From an uncultured archaeon (lineage in GTDB: Archaea; Hadarchaeota; Hadarchaeia; Hadarchaeales; Hadarchaeaceae), in the NCBI GenBank assembly GCA_937921735.1, contig CAKZTQ010000015.1, positions 1 to 64,000 on the forward strand: DNA of 64,000 nt. Direction: 5' to 3'. The notes under the pieces are model-generated. The model was not told where the DNA came from, ran no database searches, and saw only the letters and a program-made list of their open reading frames with translations. Numbering within the stretch: the first letter of the stretch is position 1; each line of letters starts with the position of its first letter. Positions 59,412-64,000 of this stretch are shown one piece after another. The position numbers were made by a program, and so were the translations under genes.

Positions 59412-59885
59412 GTGGATAAACCAACATTCAAGGAGCTACAGAAGTTACGCGCAACTGCAGATTACCAATTCGGTAAAGGTTTAGGGAGAAAACTGTTTCC
59501 CGACGAGATCTTGGTCCTGAAGACGAAGGGCAGAATACGCCAAGTCAAGCTAGGCGATGATCTTCTCTGCGCAATCCGAGCCTCCGACGGTTTTATCGTG
59601 CTCAATCGCAGGGGCGCCGAGATCGTCCACGCGGCGCTCGAGTATCCACGCCTGCGCGTGGTCGTCGCCGACAATGCGGTGCCGTTCGTCGCGGAAGGAA
59701 AGACGGTCTTCGCTAAGCATATCGTGGAGGCGGACCCCGAAATAAGGCCGGGCGAGGAGGTCCTAGTAGTGGATAAGAACGATCGCCTGTTGGCCAGCGG
59801 CAAGGCCCTGTTAACTGGCGAGGAAATGGTAGCATTTAAGGTTGGTAAAGCCGTAAACGTCAGGCGTGGATTCGGGGTTGGTTGA
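59412..59885 (+). CDS. PUA-domain protein (stand-alone archaeosine TGT C-terminal-like)
   Basis: ADYQFG, GRIRQV, VFAKH, IRPGEEVLVV. Confidence 0.85.
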   Translation: MDKPTFKELQKLRATADYQFGKGLGRKLFPDEILVLKTKGRIRQVKLGDDLLCAIRASDGFIVLNRRGAEIVHAALEYPRLRVVVADNAVPFVAEGKTVFAKHIVEADPEIRPGEEVLVVDKNDRLLASGKALLTGEEMVAFKVGKAVNVRRGFGVG

Positions 59886-60227
59886 TTGTTCCGCGGTAAG
59901 ATCGACAGACGCCAAATGGAGCGGGTAATGAGGCAGATGGGGATAAAGGTAACCGAGCTATCAGACGTCCGAGAGGTCATCATCAGGCTCAGGGATCGCG
60001 AGATAATCATATCTAACCCTCAAGTCTCGCTCATGGAGATGGCGGGACAGCGCACCTACCAAGTCATGGGCGAGGCCACCGAGCGAATGCTTGAGGGAGA
60101 GATCAGCGAGGAGGACATCGCGCTGGTGATGGAGCAAGCTGGCGTCGATCGAGAGGCCGCCCTCAAAGCCCTAAGAGAAACCGACGGCGATCTCGCGCAG
60201 GCTATACTTAAGCTAAAAGGGGGCTGA
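59886..60227 (+). CDS. nac: Nascent polypeptide-associated complex protein
   Basis: MRQMGI, TYQV, EEDIALV, GDLAQAIL. Confidence 0.93.
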   Translation: MFRGKIDRRQMERVMRQMGIKVTELSDVREVIIRLRDREIIISNPQVSLMEMAGQRTYQVMGEATERMLEGEISEEDIALVMEQAGVDREAALKALRETDGDLAQAILKLKGG

Positions 60228-60243
60228 CGTTCAAATTTTTCGA

Positions 60244-60453
60244 TCATCGTGCGAGGAGGTAAAAGATCGCCGAGAGAACGAAGAGCAAGATGAGAATCGG
60301 CGAGGTTACGAAGTAAAAGCCATCGCTGCGGTATACATATAGTACCCAGCAAGGGACGCGAGCCAGCTCGAGGTACTTGCCCAAAAACGGTAAAAGCACC
60401 AAGGTGGCCCCAATCGCGATTAAGAGCAAACCTGCCCACGTCAGCGGGTGCAT
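60244..60453 (-). CDS. Small membrane protein
   Basis: 69 aa, two TM segments, directly after the B3/4 gene. Confidence 0.55.
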   Translation of the reverse strand: MHPLTWAGLLLIAIGATLVLLPFLGKYLELARVPCWVLYVYRSDGFYFVTSPILILLFVLSAIFYLLAR

Positions 60454-60466
60454 CCGCGCACCCCAG

Positions 60467-61129
60467 TTAAAGGATCTCGCTCCTTTCCAGATGCCCGCCG
60501 CAGTACTTCCTCGCGTAGGTGGTGACCGCGTTCAGCGCTGCCTCAACGCGATCCCTTCCGATGCCCGGTGCATTCCAAAGCACGATCAACGCGTTGCTGG
60601 TCTCCTGGGTCACCATAGCCGCCTTGGCATCTCCAAGCGTATAAGCCGATAAAAGTTTCTCATCGTCCCTCAGCACGATCTCGTCTAACTTCGGGCTCAG
60701 CCTTCGTCCGTCGATCAATTCAAACGGCTCGGCTTCCTTGGCTAGCGTCGTCACCGCCTGTCCCTTTACTTTATCTGAATCGTAAACGCCCGTCGTCACC
60801 CAGCTCTCGACGGTCGCAAGCAGACAGGAGTCGACTAAGTTGTTGATCGCGGGAAAACGATCGTCGAGCGCTCGACGGAGGAGATACTCCGGCGCGGGAC
60901 GGTAGCTCGAGGGATCGGCACCCATTGCCCTGAAGAACGCTCGATATGCCTTAACTTCGGGAACGTCAAGCACAGAAATCGCACCGTATCGCGCCTTGAG
61001 ATCGCCGAAGACCTGGCGTTTCCGCTCCACCAACCCCTCGACCGTGGGTTCGATGGTTATCCCGCTGACAAATGCGTAGGCAGCGATGAAATCGGGATAA
61101 CGCTCCCGCACAGATGGATCGAGCTTCAT
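60467..61129 (-). CDS. Stand-alone B3/4 (PheRS-beta editing-like) domain protein
   Basis: AYRAFF..G.DP...RPAPEYLLRR, INNLVD, GVYD. Confidence 0.85.
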   Translation of the reverse strand: MKLDPSVRERYPDFIAAYAFVSGITIEPTVEGLVERKRQVFGDLKARYGAISVLDVPEVKAYRAFFRAMGADPSSYRPAPEYLLRRALDDRFPAINNLVDSCLLATVESWVTTGVYDSDKVKGQAVTTLAKEAEPFELIDGRRLSPKLDEIVLRDDEKLLSAYTLGDAKAAMVTQETSNALIVLWNAPGIGRDRVEAALNAVTTYARKYCGGHLERSEIL

Positions 61130-61221
61130 CTCTAACCCCTTTCTACTATACCCCGGGTCTTTTTAAGGTTCTGATTTCGTGCAGATTCAATTTGAGGATA
61201 AAGCTCGGCGGATGGTCGAAG

Positions 61222-61797
61222 ATGGAGATCTTGCCAAGGTCCTTTTACGAGCGAGATGTGGCGATGGTGGCGAGAGATTTGCTGGGGAAGATCCTCGTGC
61301 ACAAGGAGCGGGAAGGCTTGACCAGTGGTATAATAGTTGAAACTGAGGCCTACTACGGAGAAGGCGACCCGGCTTCTAGAGCGGCGAGGGGGCGCACGCC
61401 ACTGAACGAGATCATGTGGGGGCGCGGGGGGTTGGCCTTCGTATACATGGTGCATGGGAACTGGTTATTCAACGTGGTCGCAGAGCGGGAAGGGGTGCCC
61501 GGCGCGGTGCTCCTACGCGCCTTAGAGCCGTTGGAGGGCATAGAGCTCATGCGCGAGCGAAGGCAGACCAAAAATGACTTGGAATTGACCTCGGGGCCAG
61601 GGAAACTCACAAAGGCAATGGGGATCTCGCGCAGGCATCACGGCATGGATCTAACCGATGCCAATGGCGAGCTGGTGATAACAAAAGGCGGACCGCTGGC
61701 GTTCTTGATCGCCAGCTCCCATAGAATAGGGGTGAGCTCAGATTTGAGGCAAAAGCTGAGATTTTACATCAAGGGAAATCCGTTCGTATCGAGATAG
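61222..61797 (+). CDS. 3-methyladenine DNA glycosylase (MPG/AAG)
   Basis: ARDLLGK, IVETEAY, AVLLRALEP, SGPGKL, RIG. Confidence 0.93.
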   Translation: MEILPRSFYERDVAMVARDLLGKILVHKEREGLTSGIIVETEAYYGEGDPASRAARGRTPLNEIMWGRGGLAFVYMVHGNWLFNVVAEREGVPGAVLLRALEPLEGIELMRERRQTKNDLELTSGPGKLTKAMGISRRHHGMDLTDANGELVITKGGPLAFLIASSHRIGVSSDLRQKLRFYIKGNPFVSR

Positions 61798-61799
61798 CG

Positions 61800-62288
61800 C
61801 TAACCATACGCCAAGTCCATGCCCAAGTCTCGACAAAGCTTCTCGAGCTTAGCCCTTAACTCACTATCCAGCATCCTCTGTTTTTCTGAAAGGAACTCCT
61901 CCATGCGCGGGTGGGCTTCGAGGTACTGCCCAATTCCCGCCGCGATGATAACGCTATCCATCCGCTTTGGGTGGGGGGAGAACATCCCGAACGGCATAGG
62001 CGAGCCCTGCCGCATCAACTCGCGGATGCGATCGTCGACGCGTCCGGCGATTACCTTGGCGCCAGCGCCGACGAATTCGTAGGGAGTGCGAAACTCTCCT
62101 TTGACCTGCCAAAGTCCAACCTTGGGATTGCAGAAGAAGAAATCGTGATGTCCCCACTCATCCCTGCTGCTTAGCATCCGCCAGCCACTCGGGCTGCGCC
62201 TGTAGTGGCGAAACATCTCCTCCATGATCTCCGCGAGCGATTTTATCACGTCGATTCCTGGATACCGTCTATTTCTTTTGAAGCTCAT
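61800..62288 (-). CDS. Hypothetical protein
   Basis: 162-aa ORF filling the intergenic space; no motif recognised. Confidence 0.55.
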   Translation of the reverse strand: MSFKRNRRYPGIDVIKSLAEIMEEMFRHYRRSPSGWRMLSSRDEWGHHDFFFCNPKVGLWQVKGEFRTPYEFVGAGAKVIAGRVDDRIRELMRQGSPMPFGMFSPHPKRMDSVIIAAGIGQYLEAHPRMEEFLSEKQRMLDSELRAKLEKLCRDLGMDLAYG

Positions 62289-62366
62289 AACTATTCTGAA
62301 ATTATCGAAAAATTTAGGTAACTGTAAGCGGGAAACGCGGAATTTGGGCGGCCAAAATGTTTAAAG

Positions 62367-62402
62367 TTCAAGGGGTAGAACTAATTCAAGGGGTAGAACT
62401 AA
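62367..62402 (+). repeat. Perfect tandem 18-bp direct repeat TTCAAGGGGTAGAACTAA x2
   Basis: 62367-62384 and 62385-62402, between TTTAAA (62360-62365) and ATG 62403. Confidence 0.9.
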
Positions 62403-63476
62403 ATGTTATTCGATCCTGAGCCCAAAAGGAAAAAGAGAGATTTCTACAACAGAGAAGTTGAGCTGCGTGAACTACTCGACTCAATCGAAAAGGAAAAATT
62501 CGTGGTGATTCAAGGCATACGAAGGCTTGGCAAATCTTCGCTACTCAATGTCGCACTAGCCGAATCCAAACGTCCCTCGGTGAAGCTAGACTTACGAGAA
62601 ATTTACTTCACCCATGGGTCTGTTTCGAAGTTTTACCTTTACCATGCGCTTTCACGGGAACTATCGAAGCTGAGCAAAACCTATCGCCTCACATCGTGGT
62701 TGAAAAAAGTGAGAGGAGTCAAGATATCCGGATTTGAAATCCAGCTCGACTGGAGGGAAAAAGGGGCGGCGCTCACTGACGTTTTTAGGGTCTTGGACGA
62801 ATGGGCTTCTGCACACAAAGAGAGAGCGATCATAGCCATCGACGAAGCACAGTATTTGAGGCTGGCAGGCAGAACGAGGTATGATGGGTTATTGGCATGG
62901 GCTATCGATAGCTTGGATAATTTAGTATTCATATTGACAGGATCTCAAGTTGGCGTATTACAAGATTTCTTGGGGATGGAGGATCCCCGCTCCCCCCTGT
63001 ACGGTAGATACGTGAAGATAATCAAGCTCGGAAGATTTAGCCGTGAACAGGCGATAGATTTCTTGAGGAACGGATTCAAAGAAGCGAAGGTAAAGCAACC
63101 AAACCTGGAGGAAGTCGTGGACGTTCTTGACGGATTGATAGGATGGTTGACCCTTTACGGGCATACTTATGTCTCGGAGGGAAAAGCCGAGCTTGGGCAA
63201 TTTTTGAACACGGCGGCAAAATTGGCGGCTGAGGAGAGTAAGAAGATTCTGCGGTGGAGCGATCGCTATCACGCGGTGCTGAGGGCAATCGCGAGCGGCG
63301 CGCTCCGGTGGTCTGAGATATACGAAAGAGCCAGCGTGAAGTTGGGCCCTATCTCCAAGTCTGACCTCACCTACTTGTTGGATAACCTCGTGAGATACGG
63401 TTATCTCGAAAGGCTAGAAGATGGTTCCTTTGTCATACCGGATCCGGTGGTAAAGTACATGGTAACAAAATTTTGA
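62403..63476 (+). CDS. Archaeal ATPase (COG1672-like) with C-terminal winged helix
   Basis: MLFDPEPK, GIRRLGKSS, IDEAQ, TGS, SPLYGR, IPDP. Confidence 0.9.
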   Translation: MLFDPEPKRKKRDFYNREVELRELLDSIEKEKFVVIQGIRRLGKSSLLNVALAESKRPSVKLDLREIYFTHGSVSKFYLYHALSRELSKLSKTYRLTSWLKKVRGVKISGFEIQLDWREKGAALTDVFRVLDEWASAHKERAIIAIDEAQYLRLAGRTRYDGLLAWAIDSLDNLVFILTGSQVGVLQDFLGMEDPRSPLYGRYVKIIKLGRFSREQAIDFLRNGFKEAKVKQPNLEEVVDVLDGLIGWLTLYGHTYVSEGKAELGQFLNTAAKLAAEESKKILRWSDRYHAVLRAIASGALRWSEIYERASVKLGPISKSDLTYLLDNLVRYGYLERLEDGSFVIPDPVVKYMVTKF

Positions 63477-63490
63477 CAATCTGGCCTAGG

Positions 63491-63575
63491 TGCGGGGGCG
63501 GGGATTTGAACCCCGGAACCCCTACGGGACAGGCTCCTCAAGCCTGCACCTTTGACCAGGCTCGGCCACCCCCGC
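63491..63575 (-). tRNA. tRNA-Leu(GAG)
   Basis: GCGGGGG/CCCCCGC acceptor, CAGGC-TTGAGGA-GCCTG anticodon arm, long variable arm, TTCAAAT T-loop, A73. Confidence 0.95.
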
Positions 63576-63639
63576 ACAATTTCAACTTGTAAAAATGACT
63601 CTAAAAATTTGTCTGGGGCGCGCGAATTAAAGCCCAAAA

Positions 63640-64000
63640 TCATAACTTTTTAACTTTTTTTACGAATTCCCTGCACTTGTCCTCAAGCGCGTCCAGTGCT
63701 CCCAGCAAGATCCGCTCGGGGGGTAAGGTACCGGTCGATTCTATGCGAAAGATGAACTTAGTCTGGTCACCACTTATCCTAATTGCCTTTTTGGGACAAG
63801 CCTCGGCGCATGCGCGGCACATCGAACAACGCTCGATGTAAGTTATCTTGAGCTTGTCCTCAACCAGTTGGAGAAGATTGCGTGGACAACTCTTGATACA
63901 AGCGCCGCAAGCATCGCATGCCTCCTCGTCGAGCTCGAACACTGGCATATACTTGTACGTCACGAGCCCCGGTTGCCATTTTGCGTGCTCTTTGCCGAAA
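63640..64000 (-). CDS. rpoD: RNA polymerase subunit D (Rpo3), 3' part, with ferredoxin-like domain
   Basis: GKEHAKWQP, CDACGACIKSCP, CSMCRACAEACP, FRIESTGTLPP. Confidence 0.92.
   Translation of the reverse strand, partial: FGKEHAKWQPGLVTYKYMPVFELDEEACDACGACIKSCPRNLLQLVEDKLKITYIERCSMCRACAEACPKKAIRISGDQTKFIFRIESTGTLPPERILLGALDALEDKCREFVKKVKKL

Overview
Archaeal chromosome segment. The gene content (methanogen-type SerRS, SepCysS, archaeal ribosomal, KEOPS and RNAP genes) fits a basal euryarchaeote such as a Hadarchaea-like lineage; this is inference only. Four parts: (1) 1-14 kb, a partly AT-richer sulfur/cysteine block with thiI, copA, tRNA-Cys, two stand-alone ThrRS editing domains, a Cys-containing HTH regulator, an E1(MoeB)-IscS-IscU-X-ThiI(catalytic) operon, SepCysS with a SepCysE-N-like partner, ThrC-like-MoaD, prs and TauE. 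Five copies of a palindrome TATAAC-N3-GTTATA sit in its promoters, suggesting one regulon that includes the tRNA-Cys gene. (2) 14-43.7 kb, conserved translation/transcription superoperons with notable insertions: hppA, a DHH/Sm-like/Clp1 trio, palindromic repeats and structured intergenic elements. (3) 43.7-56.3 kb, a family-5 ABC importer downstream of a surface protein and four membrane-anchored phospho(di)esterases. (4) 56-64 kb, mixed housekeeping genes, an archaeal ATPase preceded by a tandem repeat, tRNA-Leu(GAG) and the 3' end of rpoD. No CRISPR array, rRNA, transposase or integrase was seen.
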